Notes: generated by a model from the sequence alone, not told the origin. Counted from the first letter of the stretch, positions 1-9,913 are shown. The stretch: 64,000 bases of DNA from Alphaproteobacteria bacterium UBA2903 (GCA_002349565.1 DEDN01000035.1:4980-68979); one strand, 5' to 3'. A program made the numbers and translations.

Positions 1-108
1 GCTCATGACGAACTCAACCAGTTCAAGGTCGGCGATATCGTTCGCATCCGCGAATGCCGTCCGCTTTCCAAGTCCAAAACTTGGGAAGTTCTGGTCGATG
101 CCGTTTAA
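1..108 (+). CDS. rpsQ: 30S ribosomal protein S17, C-terminal fragment (5' end lies outside the window)
   Basis: Frame-1 translation from the window edge reads [35 protein letters not shown]. This is S17-like and sits directly upstream of rplN. Confidence 0.85.
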   Translation, partial: AHDELNQFKVGDIVRIRECRPLSKSKTWEVLVDAV

Positions 109-132
109 TCGGGAAAGTGAAGGAATTATCCC

Positions 133-501
133 ATGATTCAAATGCAAAGCAACCTGGATGTCGCTGATAACTCCGGTGCACGCAAAGTACAGTGCATCAA
201 GGTATTAGGTGGATCCAAACGTAAGACGGCGGCTGTCGGCGACGTTATTGTTGTTTCTATTAAAGAAGCGATACCTCGCGGCCGTGTGAAAAAAGGTGAT
301 GTGCACCGCGCAGTTATCGTGCGTACCAAAAAAGAAATTCGTCGTGCAGACGGAAGCGCTATCAGATTTGATACCAACGCCGCCGTTCTGATCAACAAAG
401 ACGGCGAACCCATCGGTACGCGTATCTTTGGCCCGGTGACAAGAGAATTGCGTGCGAAGAAATATATGAAAATTATTTCTTTGGCGCCTGAAGTAATTTG
501 A
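133..501 (+). CDS. rplN: 50S ribosomal protein L14
   Basis: 122-aa [22 protein letters not shown]...[13 protein letters not shown]. This is the canonical L14 sequence in the expected operon position. Confidence 0.97.
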   Translation: MIQMQSNLDVADNSGARKVQCIKVLGGSKRKTAAVGDVIVVSIKEAIPRGRVKKGDVHRAVIVRTKKEIRRADGSAIRFDTNAAVLINKDGEPIGTRIFGPVTRELRAKKYMKIISLAPEVI

Positions 502-518
502 TGTTTTAGAGGGTCAAA

Positions 519-836
519 ATGAAAATCAAAAAAGGTGATCAAGTCATCGTGACGACCGGTCGCGACAAAGGCAAACAGGGTGAAGTCCTGCGCGCTATGC
601 CGAAATTCAACAAGGTCGTCGTTCAGGGGGTAAATATGGTCAAACGCCACACTCGTCCGTCTCAGACGAGTGCCGGCGGTATCATCTCCAAGGAAGCTCC
701 GATCGACGTTTCGAACGTCGCTCTGATCGATCCGGAGACGGGAAAGGCCACCCGCGTCGGTTTTAAAGTCGTTGACGGACAAAAAGTGCGTGTCGCCAAA
801 AAGTCCGGCAAAGTCATCGCTGCTGCCAAGAAATAA
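519..836 (+). CDS. rplX: 50S ribosomal protein L24
   Basis: 105-aa [26 protein letters not shown] (KOW motif). It lies between rplN and rplE. Confidence 0.95.
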   Translation: MKIKKGDQVIVTTGRDKGKQGEVLRAMPKFNKVVVQGVNMVKRHTRPSQTSAGGIISKEAPIDVSNVALIDPETGKATRVGFKVVDGQKVRVAKKSGKVIAAAKK

Positions 837-848
837 GGAGATTGAGAA

Positions 849-1397
849 ATGACTGCAAGACTTTATGAACACTATAAAAAGGTTCTGCGTCCGAAGCTGG
901 AAAAAGAATTTGGTTACAAAAACCAGATGGAAATCCCCCGCTTGGAAAAAATCGTCATCAACATGGGTGTCGGTCGCGATGCCGTTGTTGACCGCAAGGC
1001 TGTCGATTCGGCTGTCAAAGATTTGACGGCGATTGCCGGTCAGAAGCCTGTTGTTACCTATGCCAAAAAATCCATTGCGGCGTTCAAGCTGCGTGAAGGC
1101 ATGCCCATTGGCTGCAAAGTTACGCTGCGTCGCGAAAGAATGTACGAATTTCTGGATCGTCTGGTCACGATGGCTCTGCCGCGCGTCCGCGACTTCCGTG
1201 GAATTTCTAACAAAAGTTTTGATGGCAAGGGCAACTACGCCATGGGATTGAAAGAACAGATTATTTTCTTGGAAATCGATTATGATTCTGTTGATAAAAT
1301 CCGTGGTCTTGATATAGTATTCTGCACATCGGCGAAAACCGACAAGGAAGCGAAAGCTCTGTTGGCGGGATTCGATATGCCGTTTGCTAAAAACTAA
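849..1397 (+). CDS. rplE: 50S ribosomal protein L5
   Basis: 182-aa ORF with L5 signature ...IVINMGVG...[11 protein letters not shown]...; AGGAG RBS upstream. Confidence 0.97.
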   Translation: MTARLYEHYKKVLRPKLEKEFGYKNQMEIPRLEKIVINMGVGRDAVVDRKAVDSAVKDLTAIAGQKPVVTYAKKSIAAFKLREGMPIGCKVTLRRERMYEFLDRLVTMALPRVRDFRGISNKSFDGKGNYAMGLKEQIIFLEIDYDSVDKIRGLDIVFCTSAKTDKEAKALLAGFDMPFAKN

Positions 1398-1419
1398 AGA
1401 GCGATTGGAGTAGAAAAAT

Positions 1420-1725
1420 ATGGCAAAAACAAGTGCTGTAGAACGTAATAAGAGACGTGAACGCAAAGTGAAACAGTTCAGAGCGCGTCGCGATGCTCTT
1501 AAAGCTGTCATCAACGATCGTTCGAAATCCGAGGAAGAACGCTTTTCCGCCGTTTTGAAACTGGCTGAATTGCCGCGCGATTCGTCGCGCACCCGCGTTC
1601 ATTCCCGTTGTGAGCTGACAGGGCGCGCTCGCGGTAACTACCGCAAGTTCAAACTGTCGCGTGTTGTGTTGCGGGATTTGGCCTCTGCAGGTCAGATTCC
1701 CGGCATGGTCAAGTCTAGTTGGTAA
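1420..1725 (+). CDS. rpsN: 30S ribosomal protein S14 (long, non-zinc form)
   Basis: 101-aa ORF ending ...RVVLRDLASAGQIPGMVKSSW. Operon order L5-S14-S8. Confidence 0.95.
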   Translation: MAKTSAVERNKRRERKVKQFRARRDALKAVINDRSKSEEERFSAVLKLAELPRDSSRTRVHSRCELTGRARGNYRKFKLSRVVLRDLASAGQIPGMVKSSW

Positions 1726-1743
1726 TTAAGGAGAGATACTGCC

Positions 1744-2142
1744 ATGTCATTTTCCGATCCGTTGGGAGATATGCTGACCCGCATTCGTAACGGTCAGCAG
1801 GCTCGCAAGAGCGACATTAAAGTGCCGGCTTCCAAATTGCGTGAAAACGTTCTGGAAGTTTTGAAACGCGAAGGTTACATCCGCGGCTATGAACGCGTCA
1901 ACCTGCGCAAAGGCATTGATGAAATCAAAGTTGAACTGAAATATTACGAAGGTCGCCCCGTCATCAGCGAAATCGTTCGCGTTTCGACGCCGGGTCGCCG
2001 CGTATACTCGGGCGTTAAAGAATTGCAGAAATTCTACAACGGTTTGGGTATTTCCGTTTTGTCGACGCCGCAGGGCGTTATGTCGGATCACGAAGCTCGT
2101 CAGGCGAATGTCGGCGGCGAGATTCTGTGCAAAGTATTCTAA
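1744..2142 (+). CDS. rpsH: 30S ribosomal protein S8
   Basis: 132-aa [20 protein letters not shown]...; canonical S8 N-terminus. Confidence 0.97.
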   Translation: MSFSDPLGDMLTRIRNGQQARKSDIKVPASKLRENVLEVLKREGYIRGYERVNLRKGIDEIKVELKYYEGRPVISEIVRVSTPGRRVYSGVKELQKFYNGLGISVLSTPQGVMSDHEARQANVGGEILCKVF

Positions 2143-2156
2143 GGGGAGTTTAAAAC

Positions 2157-2693
2157 ATGTCACGTGTTGGTAAATACCCTGTCATTGTTCCCGCGGACGT
2201 CAAGGTCGACATCAACGGTCAGATCGTTAAAGTCAAAGGGAAGCTGGGTGAAATGGAATATACGGCTGCCGATGACGTCGATTTGAAGTTGGAAGACAAC
2301 AAATTGTGGGTTCATCCGCGCAAATCCGAAACGGGAATCAACCGTTCCTCTTGGGGAACGACCCGCGCCCGTTTGAATAACCTGGTCAAAGGTGTTCATG
2401 ACGGATTTTCCAAAAAGCTGGAAATCATCGGCGTCGGTTACAAAGCGCAGGTTCAGGGCAAAATTCTGAAAATGAGCTTGGGCTTCAGCCATGATGTCGA
2501 TTTTGAAATTCCTGCCGGATTGAAGGTGACCTGTGCCACCCCGACGAATGTCGAAATTACGGGTGTCGATAAACAGGAAGTCGGTCAGTTTGCGGCGGTC
2601 ATCCGCGCAAAACGCCCGCCTGAACCCTACAAGGGCAAAGGAATTAAATACGAGGGTGAATTCATCCTGCGTAAAGTTGGTAAGAAGAAGTAA
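2157..2693 (+). CDS. rplF: 50S ribosomal protein L6
   Basis: 178-aa ORF MSRVGKYPV...PPEPYKGKGIKY; canonical L6. Confidence 0.97.
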   Translation: MSRVGKYPVIVPADVKVDINGQIVKVKGKLGEMEYTAADDVDLKLEDNKLWVHPRKSETGINRSSWGTTRARLNNLVKGVHDGFSKKLEIIGVGYKAQVQGKILKMSLGFSHDVDFEIPAGLKVTCATPTNVEITGVDKQEVGQFAAVIRAKRPPEPYKGKGIKYEGEFILRKVGKKK

Positions 2694-2705
2694 AGGGTAA
2701 CGAAG

Positions 2706-3068
2706 ATGAGTAAGGCAAGAGAACAATTTATAGGTCGCCGTATTCGTACACGCGCTTCTTTGCGTCGCAAAAACAACGGTCGTATCCGTTTGTCCGTTCA
2801 TCGTACGGGAATGCACATTTATGCACAGATCATTGACGACAAGCAGGGCAAGACTCTGGCTGCCGCCTCTACGATGGAAAAGGATATCAAAGCTCAGGTC
2901 AAAAACGGGGCGACGGTTGCCGCCGCCGCTATCGTCGGCAAAATTGCCGCCGAACGCGCTTTGGCCGCCGGTGTGAAGGAAGTTTGCTTCGACCGCGGCG
3001 GATACGTTTATCACGGTCGCGTCAAAGCTTTGGCGGATGCCGCCCGTGAAGCCGGTTTGTCATTCTAA
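2706..3068 (+). CDS. rplR: 50S ribosomal protein L18
   Basis: 120-aa ORF ...[18 protein letters not shown]...[24 protein letters not shown]. Confidence 0.95.
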   Translation: MSKAREQFIGRRIRTRASLRRKNNGRIRLSVHRTGMHIYAQIIDDKQGKTLAAASTMEKDIKAQVKNGATVAAAAIVGKIAAERALAAGVKEVCFDRGGYVYHGRVKALADAAREAGLSF

Positions 3069-3082
3069 AGGAAAGAAGAAAA

Positions 3083-3700
3083 ATGGCACGCACACCTAAT
3101 ACAGAACGCCGTCGCGGCGGCGATAAAGAACGCGAAAACGATCAACGCGCAGATCAGCGCATTGAACGTGACCGCGAATCGGACGAGATTATCGACAAGC
3201 TCGTATACGTCAACCGCGTCGCAAAGACCGTTAAAGGCGGTCGCCGTATGGCTTTTGCGGCTTTGGTCGTTGTCGGCGATCAGCGCGGTCGCGTTGGATT
3301 TGCTTCCGGCAAAGCCCGCGAAGTTCCCGAAGCGATTCGCAAAGCGACCGAAAAGGCGAAACGCGACATGATTCGCATTCCTTTGAAAGAAGGTCGCACG
3401 CTGCATCATGACGCGCGCGGCACATTCGGAGCAGGTTCCGTGATTTTGCGTACGGCTCCCGCCGGTACGGGAATCATTGCGGGCGGTCCTATGCGCGCTG
3501 TCTTTGAAACCATGGGGATTCAGGACATCGTTGCCAAATCGACCGGTTCGCAGAACCCGCACAATATGATCAAAGCGACGTTCGAAGCTTTGAAAACCAT
3601 CAATTCTCCGCGTATGATTGCGGCAAAGCGCGGTAAAAAGGTTGGCGACATCGTTGCCGATCGTGACGGCGCGAACGCTGCCGATGCAGTAAAGGAATAA
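3083..3700 (+). CDS. rpsE: 30S ribosomal protein S5 (with a charged N-terminal extension)
   Basis: 205-aa ORF containing ...[24 protein letters not shown]...[13 protein letters not shown]. Confidence 0.95.
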   Translation: MARTPNTERRRGGDKERENDQRADQRIERDRESDEIIDKLVYVNRVAKTVKGGRRMAFAALVVVGDQRGRVGFASGKAREVPEAIRKATEKAKRDMIRIPLKEGRTLHHDARGTFGAGSVILRTAPAGTGIIAGGPMRAVFETMGIQDIVAKSTGSQNPHNMIKATFEALKTINSPRMIAAKRGKKVGDIVADRDGANAADAVKE

Positions 3701-3704
3701 CAAG

Positions 3705-3887
3705 ATGGCTAAGACAATCAAAGTAAAACAGACCGGAAGCATCATCGGTGCGACAAAAGTGCAGCGCGCAACGATGCTCGGCTTGGGGCTGAAGAAAATG
3801 AACGCCGTTAAGGAATTGCAGGATACCCCCGCAGTTCGCGGCATGATTACCAAGGTTGCTCACTTAGTAACAGTGGTTGAAGACTAA
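3705..3887 (+). CDS. rpmD: 50S ribosomal protein L30
   Basis: 60-aa [18 protein letters not shown]...TLLGLGL-like motif. It lies between rpsE and rplO. Confidence 0.9.
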   Translation: MAKTIKVKQTGSIIGATKVQRATMLGLGLKKMNAVKELQDTPAVRGMITKVAHLVTVVED

Positions 3888-3946
3888 TAAGCGGCGGAGG
3901 TGCCGTTTCAAGCGGCACTTCTGCTTTTATCAAAGCGAGTTAAAAA

Positions 3947-4405
3947 ATGAAACTGAATGAAATTCGTGATAACGAAGGCGCACGCAAAGGTCGTATGCGC
4001 ATTTGCCGCGGCATCGGCAGCGGTAAAGGCAAGACCGGCGGTCGCGGCGGAAAAGGTCAGACTGCTCGTACAGGCGTAGCGATTAACGGTTTTGAAGGCG
4101 GTCAGATGCCGATTTACCGTCGTTTGCCCAAACGCGGCTTCAACAACATTTTCGCCAACAAATATGCGGAAATCAACTTGGGTCGTTTGCAGGCGGCGAT
4201 TGATAAAGGCGTTATTGACGCGTCCAAAGAAATCGATGCCGAAGTTTTGGTTGCCGCCGGCGTGCTGAAACAGAGCTATGACGGCATTCGTTTGCTGGGC
4301 AACGGTGAGTTGACCGCGAAAGTGACGTTGAAAGTCGCCGGTTCGACGGAAGCTGCGAAAGCGGCTGTCGAAAAGGTTGGCGGTCAAGTCATTATTGCCG
4401 AATAA
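3947..4405 (+). CDS. rplO: 50S ribosomal protein L15
   Basis: 152-aa [40 protein letters not shown]; canonical L15. Confidence 0.95.
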   Translation: MKLNEIRDNEGARKGRMRICRGIGSGKGKTGGRGGKGQTARTGVAINGFEGGQMPIYRRLPKRGFNNIFANKYAEINLGRLQAAIDKGVIDASKEIDAEVLVAAGVLKQSYDGIRLLGNGELTAKVTLKVAGSTEAAKAAVEKVGGQVIIAE

Positions 4406-4428
4406 GGCGACCGATTTCGAACGAAAAA

Positions 4429-4456
4429 GCAAAAGAGGGGGAAACCCTTCTTTTGC
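4429..4456 (+). promoter_or_regulatory. Stem-loop in the rplO-secY spacer (possible attenuator or processing hairpin)
   Basis: gcaaaagaggg-ggaaa-cccttcttttgc forms an ~11-bp stem with one bulge. It is followed only by a weak U stretch. Confidence 0.3.
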
Positions 4457-4495
4457 GTGTTTAAGAAAAACAATTAACTTAACGGATTAAAAAAT

Positions 4496-5848
4496 ATGGC
4501 CTCTTTATCAGATAAAATGTCGACCGGGTTGGGTTGGGATACTTTTTCCAAAGCGACAGACCTGCAAAAACGTCTTCTTTTTACCTTGGGGGCGATGATT
4601 GTGTACCGTTTGGGCACATTTATTCCTTTGCCCGGAATCAATTCGGTTGCTTTGGCTGACATTTTTGCCAGGCAGTCGGGCGGCATTCTGGGAATGTTCA
4701 ATATGTTTACGGGCGGTGCGTTGTCCCGTATGACGCTGTTTGCGTTAAACATCATGCCGTATATTTCGGCATCCATTATCGTTCAGCTGGCGGCTTCCGT
4801 TATTCCGTCGCTGATGGCGTTGAAAAAAGAAGGTGAATCCGGACAGCGCAAGATGACGCAATACACGCGTTATCTGACGGTTTTGATTACGATCGTTCAA
4901 GGTTACGGCTTGGCTTTGGGGTTGGAAGCGATGGTCAGTTCGACGGGATCGTCCGCCGTTGTGAATCCGGGGCAGTGGTTCCGTTTTACGACGGTTGTTT
5001 CCCTGTTGGGCGGCACAATGTTCATCGTTTGGCTGGGCGATCAAATCACGGCGCGCGGAGTCGGCAACGGTTCGTCGCTGATCATCACGGCGGGTATCGT
5101 TGCGGGTATTCCGATGGGTTTGGCGCAAACGTTTGAATTGGCGCGTGCGGGATCTTTGTCGACGATTACGCTGTTTTTCCTGTTGTTTATGGTTTTGGCG
5201 CTGGTTTATTTTGTGGTGTTTATGGAACGCGCTCAGCGCCGTATTCTGATCCAGTATCCGAAGCGTCAGATGAACGGTCGCGTCATGAACGGCGAAAGTT
5301 CGCATTTGCCGCTGAAAATCAATCCGACGGGCGTTATTCCGCCTATCTTTGCCAGCTCTTTGCTGCTGTTGCCGATGACGATTGTCAATTTTTCCGCCAA
5401 AGACGGACAGGGTGCGGACTGGGTTGTGACGCTGTCCACAATGCTGGCGCACGGTCGTCCGCTGTATTTGGCGCTGTATGCGGGATTGATTGTCTTCTTT
5501 ACGTTCTTTTATACGGCGGTTGTGTTCAATCCCGAAGAAACGGCTGACAATCTGAAACGTCACGGCGGCTTTATCGCAGGGATTCGTCCGGGAAAAAGTA
5601 CGGCGGATTATCTGGATTATGTGATTACGCGTTTGACGGTTTTGGGTTCCGTTTATTTGGCTGCGATTTGCTGCTTCCCCGAAATCATGATTGCGAAGTA
5701 TTCCGTTCCGTTTGTTTTGGGCGGCACGACGTTGCTTATCGTTGTATCGGTGACCATGGATTTCGCAACGCAAATTCAATCCCATTTGTTGGCGTACCAG
5801 TATGAAGGCTTGATGAAAAAAGCCAGATTAAAAGGACACTTGAAGTGA
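4496..5848 (+). CDS. secY: Preprotein translocase subunit SecY
   Basis: 450-aa polytopic ORF with SecY motifs (...LGAMIVYRLGTFIPLPGI..., ...ALNIMPYISASIIVQL...). It follows rplO. Confidence 0.97.
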   Translation: MASLSDKMSTGLGWDTFSKATDLQKRLLFTLGAMIVYRLGTFIPLPGINSVALADIFARQSGGILGMFNMFTGGALSRMTLFALNIMPYISASIIVQLAASVIPSLMALKKEGESGQRKMTQYTRYLTVLITIVQGYGLALGLEAMVSSTGSSAVVNPGQWFRFTTVVSLLGGTMFIVWLGDQITARGVGNGSSLIITAGIVAGIPMGLAQTFELARAGSLSTITLFFLLFMVLALVYFVVFMERAQRRILIQYPKRQMNGRVMNGESSHLPLKINPTGVIPPIFASSLLLLPMTIVNFSAKDGQGADWVVTLSTMLAHGRPLYLALYAGLIVFFTFFYTAVVFNPEETADNLKRHGGFIAGIRPGKSTADYLDYVITRLTVLGSVYLAAICCFPEIMIAKYSVPFVLGGTTLLIVVSVTMDFATQIQSHLLAYQYEGLMKKARLKGHLK

Positions 5849-6507
5849 TAAGCAACGGCAAGCACCTTGTTTTAATGGCTCCTCCGGGGGGCGGTAAAGG
5901 AACACAGGCGCGGCTGTTGCGTGACGCTCTGCAAGTCCCCCATTTGTCGACGGGCGAGATGCTGAGAAATGCGGGGCGGGCGGGAACCCCCATAGGATTG
6001 CAAGCCAAGGCGTTGATCGACAAAGGTAACTTTGTTCCCGACGGGATGATTATTTCCATTATTTCCGAGCGGTTGGACGAACCCGATTGCAAAGACGGCT
6101 TTATTTTGGACGGTTTTCCCAGAACTTTGCCGCAAGCGAAAGCTTTGGATGAACTGTTGTTCGAAAAAGGGCGCCGTTTGGATCATGTGATTGAAATCCA
6201 AGTTCCCGACGATATCATCATTCAGCGCATTATCGGTCGTTTTTCCTGTGCGGATTGCGGCGCGATGTACCATGATACGCTGAAGCCGACAAAAGTGTTT
6301 GGGAAATGTGATGAATGCGGCGGTTCGAACTTTACCAGACGCCCTGACGACAACTGGCAGACGGTTGTGGAACGCTTGAAAACATATAAATCGGTGACGA
6401 CGCCTGTTTTGCCGTATTACGAATATCAAGGGCTGCTGACGACGATTGACGGAACGGGAACGGTTGAGGCGGTTTCTGACAAAATCCGAAAAATCATCGG
6501 ATTGTAA
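5845..6507 (+). CDS. adk: Adenylate kinase (Cys4 zinc-lid type)
   Basis: GTG start overlaps the secY stop (GTGA). P-loop PPGGGKGTQA; lid CADCG...CDECGG. Confidence 0.95.
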   Translation: MISNGKHLVLMAPPGGGKGTQARLLRDALQVPHLSTGEMLRNAGRAGTPIGLQAKALIDKGNFVPDGMIISIISERLDEPDCKDGFILDGFPRTLPQAKALDELLFEKGRRLDHVIEIQVPDDIIIQRIIGRFSCADCGAMYHDTLKPTKVFGKCDECGGSNFTRRPDDNWQTVVERLKTYKSVTTPVLPYYEYQGLLTTIDGTGTVEAVSDKIRKIIGL

Positions 6508-6529
6508 CGCCCGATAGAGGAAAAAAGCC

Positions 6530-7828
6530 ATGGGAATTCTGGACGAAGCGCGGGAAGAATTGCGGCAATCGGCGACGGCTTTGAAGTGGGAAGAACCGTT
6601 GGTCGGATTTGATTTGGCGGGCGACAGTCAAGAACAAAAAACGCGCTTGTCCCATATCGTCAATACGATTGCCAAAGGATCGCCGTTTGGCAAAAAGATT
6701 TTGCAGGATGCTTGCGATGCGGGCTATTCGCTGGCGATGGAGCATATGTTCGGGGCTTTGGGGGCTTGCGAACCCGAAAATAAAAAGATTCTGCTTAATC
6801 CGTCCATGCCGAACGAGGATTTGGTGGCGACGCTGGTTCATGAAGCGCGCCATGCCCAGCAAGACGAACGCGCTTCATGGCAAACCGCGCGGGGAAACAG
6901 CGATTTTGCGACAGAGCTGAAGCTTTACCGCGCGGCGGAAGCCGATGCGGAGGCGGCGGCGGTTGCGGCTTGTTACGAAATCAGGCAAAACACGGGCAAT
7001 GCGGCGCCTTTTTGTGCAAGCGCGGATCGCGATTCGCTGATTGTTGCCGCTTTTTCTTCAAAAAAGGATGCGTCTGGAAAAGTTACGCCTGCAATGCTTC
7101 GCGCCGCTTTTGACGGATGGTTCGAAGATCAGCCGATTATGGAAGAATACGAACGTTCCTATCTGGTTGAAGAGATGGACGATGCGGTCAGATCCGGCAA
7201 TTTTTCAAAAAGGCAGGGCGGACAAAGCCTGTCGTCGCGCCAAATCGTCGAAACATACTGCACGGATGCGGACGGTCGGTGCTATTGGTCGGTAAATCCC
7301 GATGTTTTGGAGGAACGCGGCAGACTGGCGATTGGTTCCAAAACACGCAAATCGGCGGAACGGTTTTACCAAGCACGCTTTGAAAAAACAGGACAGGCAT
7401 CGGATGCGACTTATGCCGATCTGGAAGTGCGCGGCAATCCTTTCAATATGTCCGAACGAATCGGGTTGTTGAAGCAAGCTTTTTCGAAAGAATACAGGGA
7501 TACTTTTTCACGCGATATGAAGCCGTCCGTTGAATTTGAAAAAAGCGGTTCGTTGTTGGAAAAGCGGCGGTTGAATCATATCGTCAACGAAGTTTGTCGG
7601 GACAAAAACGCCCGAAAAGACTTGCAGGCTTTGAAATCGGCGGGATATTCGCTGACTATGGAAAGTTTGGGCAAAGCGGCTGCCGTTCGCGACGACAAAA
7701 ACAAAGTCGTTATTTTGGCGCGGCGCGCTTCGGACAAAGAATTGCAAACAGCTTTAAGCAAAGAGGCGCGCCATATCGCCGCCGTTGAACTGACGGCAAT
7801 CAAGCGGAAAACGGTTTGCAGAGGATAG
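6530..7828 (+). CDS. Hypothetical protein with an HExxH metallopeptidase-like motif and an internal duplication
   Basis: 432-aa ORF with an RBS-like agagga upstream. Motif LVHEARHAQQ in the N-terminal module and a degenerate copy SKEARHIAAV in the C-terminal module. Paralogous to ORF 36959..38140. Confidence 0.7.
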   Translation: MGILDEAREELRQSATALKWEEPLVGFDLAGDSQEQKTRLSHIVNTIAKGSPFGKKILQDACDAGYSLAMEHMFGALGACEPENKKILLNPSMPNEDLVATLVHEARHAQQDERASWQTARGNSDFATELKLYRAAEADAEAAAVAACYEIRQNTGNAAPFCASADRDSLIVAAFSSKKDASGKVTPAMLRAAFDGWFEDQPIMEEYERSYLVEEMDDAVRSGNFSKRQGGQSLSSRQIVETYCTDADGRCYWSVNPDVLEERGRLAIGSKTRKSAERFYQARFEKTGQASDATYADLEVRGNPFNMSERIGLLKQAFSKEYRDTFSRDMKPSVEFEKSGSLLEKRRLNHIVNEVCRDKNARKDLQALKSAGYSLTMESLGKAAAVRDDKNKVVILARRASDKELQTALSKEARHIAAVELTAIKRKTVCRG

Positions 7829-7839
7829 ATTTCCTTTCA

Positions 7840-7861
7840 TCTGAATTTTATCTGAAATTTT
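7840..7861. repeat. Left arm of a 22-bp inverted repeat; internally a tandem 11-bp direct repeat (candidate OmpR-family box)
   Basis: tctgaatttta|tctgaaatttt lies 74-95 nt upstream of the response-regulator ATG. It matches the reverse complement of 9825..9846 at 21/22 positions. Confidence 0.85.
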
Positions 7862-7934
7862 TGAAAACAAAGAAAAACAAAGATGTTTTCTTTTGTTTGT
7901 GCCGTTTGTGAAATGGTATTCAGAGGAAATTGCA

Positions 7935-8621
7935 ATGAAAATTCTGCTGGTTGAAGACGATTTCAAGCTGGGGCAGGCGACAAAACGGCTGTTTGAATAC
8001 GAACATTGTGCGGTTGATTGGGCGCAAGACGGAGCGGAGGCTTTGAAACTGCTGGAAAGCAGTTTGGAGTGTGCCTACGATGTCATTGTTTTGGACTGGA
8101 TGCTGCCCGAAATCAATGGATTGAGCTTGTGCCGTCTGATGCGGAACAAATACGGCTATCAGGGCGGAATTATTTTTGTTACCGCCAAAGGCGAAGTGGA
8201 CGATTGCGTGCAGGCGCTTGATACAGGGGCGGACGATTTTGTCGTCAAGCCGTTTCAAATCAAAGAGCTGCTGGCGCGAATCAACGCCGTTTGCCGCCGT
8301 AAAAGCAAGCCGTTCGTCGATACCGTTTATTCGCATAACGGTGTTTCGATCAATCGCGATTTATGCACAGTTGCTTGCGGCGGGGCGGAATTGCGGCTGC
8401 GCAAAAAGGAATTTTCCCTGTTCGAAATACTGTTTGTCAATTTAAACACGATTCTGCCCCGCGCGGCTTTGTTTGAAAAAGTGTGGTTCGACAAGCCCGA
8501 AACAAATATGGAAAGCTTGGATTCGCATATTTACATGCTGCGCAAAAGCTTGCGGATTTTCCCGAAGATCCGCATTACGCTGATAAAAAACATCGGTTAC
8601 AGAATGGAAATCGACCCGTGA
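7935..8621 (+). CDS. OmpR/PhoB-family response regulator (receiver plus winged-helix domains)
   Basis: MKILLVEDD..., acceptor Asp context VIVLDWMLPEINGL, C-terminal trans_reg_C-like LRKKEFSLFEIL...IGYRM. Start chosen at the internal ATG of ORF 7893..8621. Confidence 0.9.
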   Translation: MKILLVEDDFKLGQATKRLFEYEHCAVDWAQDGAEALKLLESSLECAYDVIVLDWMLPEINGLSLCRLMRNKYGYQGGIIFVTAKGEVDDCVQALDTGADDFVVKPFQIKELLARINAVCRRKSKPFVDTVYSHNGVSINRDLCTVACGGAELRLRKKEFSLFEILFVNLNTILPRAALFEKVWFDKPETNMESLDSHIYMLRKSLRIFPKIRITLIKNIGYRMEIDP

Positions 8622-9838
8622 TAAAAAAATTGCGCCATGCTTTGACAATCAAATATACGCTGATTTTGACATGTCTGCTGTTTGCGGGTTTGATTGCCAG
8701 TTTCGCCGCATACCGCCACACGGGTTTCCAGCTGCTGCAAAGCGGGTTGAAAAGCTATTTGGCGGAAGAAGTGCAGGAAATGCGGCATGCTTTAAAGGCG
8801 GGGACTTTTGCTGAAGATATCCGCACCGTTAAATCCAGCGTCAAATCCATGCATAATTTTACTTATGTTTTGATTGACGGCAAAATCGTTCGCGCCGAAC
8901 GTCCGTTTGACGAAGCGGCGGCGAATCAACTGGAGCGGAAACTGTCAAGCGGAAAGTACAAATCGGGAAAGATATACCGTGAAAAGGTCAAAGGATGGCG
9001 TTTTTTGATTGCCAAGCAGAATTTGGGCAATATCGAAATTTTTGTTGCGGCGAACTATTCGCCCGTTCACAGAAATGTGCGTGCATACGCGCAAAATGCG
9101 CTGATTGCCGCTTTGATCGCCATTGTTTTGTCGTATTTCGCCGGCGGGTGGTTTGCGGCAAAGTCTTTTGATTATATTGAACAAAGCTATGAAAAGCAAA
9201 AGCGGTTCGTATCCGACGCGGCGCATGAATTTCGCACGCCGCTGACGATTTTGTATTCGTATGCCGAGCTGTTGGAATACGCCCCCGAAAAATCGGAGAT
9301 TATTGCGGACATCAAAGACGAAATCCAACAAATGAGCGATATGGTTGACCGTCTGCTGGCAATCGCCCGTTATGACAATTCAGGCGCGGTTGCGCACTTT
9401 GAACGTTTTTCGCTGACGGCGCTGGCGCAAAGCGTAATCAAGCCTTGGGCGGCATTGTATCCGTCGGGAACTTTCGAGTTGGACGGCAACGGCGTTGAAA
9501 TTACGGCGGATAAAACGATGATTCGCCAGCTGTTGGGAATACTGCTGGACAATGCCGTAAAATATACGGGCGAAGACAAAAAAATCAGCGTATCGCTTGC
9601 CCAAAAGTCAAATGCCGTCGAAATCGCCGTCAAAGACAACGGCATCGGCATAGAACGTGACAATTTGCCCAAAATTTTCGACCGTTTTTGGCGGGCGGAA
9701 GCCGCGCGTCATGAAAAAGGACTGGGGCTTTCTTTGGCGGAAACAATCGTCAATCTGCACAACGGCACTATCCGCGCGGACAGCACGATCGGGGCGGGAA
9801 CGACGTTCACGGTCGTTTTGCCGCAAAATTTCAGATAA
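8618..9838 (+). CDS. Sensor histidine kinase (two TM segments, HisKA plus HATPase_c)
   Basis: GTG start overlaps the regulator stop (GTGA). H-box SDAAHEFRTPLT, N-box LLDNAVKYT, G-boxes VKDNGIGI and GLGLSLA. Confidence 0.88.
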   Translation: MIKKLRHALTIKYTLILTCLLFAGLIASFAAYRHTGFQLLQSGLKSYLAEEVQEMRHALKAGTFAEDIRTVKSSVKSMHNFTYVLIDGKIVRAERPFDEAAANQLERKLSSGKYKSGKIYREKVKGWRFLIAKQNLGNIEIFVAANYSPVHRNVRAYAQNALIAALIAIVLSYFAGGWFAAKSFDYIEQSYEKQKRFVSDAAHEFRTPLTILYSYAELLEYAPEKSEIIADIKDEIQQMSDMVDRLLAIARYDNSGAVAHFERFSLTALAQSVIKPWAALYPSGTFELDGNGVEITADKTMIRQLLGILLDNAVKYTGEDKKISVSLAQKSNAVEIAVKDNGIGIERDNLPKIFDRFWRAEAARHEKGLGLSLAETIVNLHNGTIRADSTIGAGTTFTVVLPQNFR

Positions 9839-9846
9839 ATTTCAGA
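9825..9846. repeat. Right arm of the 22-bp inverted repeat; overlaps the kinase stop codon
   Basis: aaaatttcaga|taaatttcaga. Its reverse complement tctgaaattta|tctgaaatttt matches 7840..7861 with one mismatch. Confidence 0.85.
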
Positions 9847-9913
9847 CAGGCGGGCTACGTTTTCTTTGATAAGGAAACGAGGGCTTTTATGAAAAAAACG
9901 CTGATTTTTATTT

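Noticed and set aside
138-1592. 484-aa ORF on the minus strand spanning rplN-rplE-rpsN
   Set aside because: It lies antisense to textbook ribosomal-protein genes. Its sequence is low-complexity and Arg/Phe-rich with no motif, which is typical of a shadow ORF in GC-biased coding DNA.
3888-3946. Hairpins inside the r-protein operons. These lie in the rpmD-rplO spacer (gtgccg/cggcac), the rpsK-rpoA spacer (ttttcc-gttc-ggaaaa at ~13780) and the rpoA-rplQ spacer (cctgttc-ggtt-gaacagg at 14848-14865, ggtttcg-tgcg-cgaaacc).
   Set aside because: Operon-internal stem-loops without convincing U-tracts are common processing or attenuation features. I cannot distinguish function from chance by eye.
5845-6507. 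Adenylate kinase with a four-Cys lid (CADCG...CDECGG)
   Set aside because: Zinc-lid adenylate kinases are a well-known variant and not novel. It is recorded only as a feature detail.
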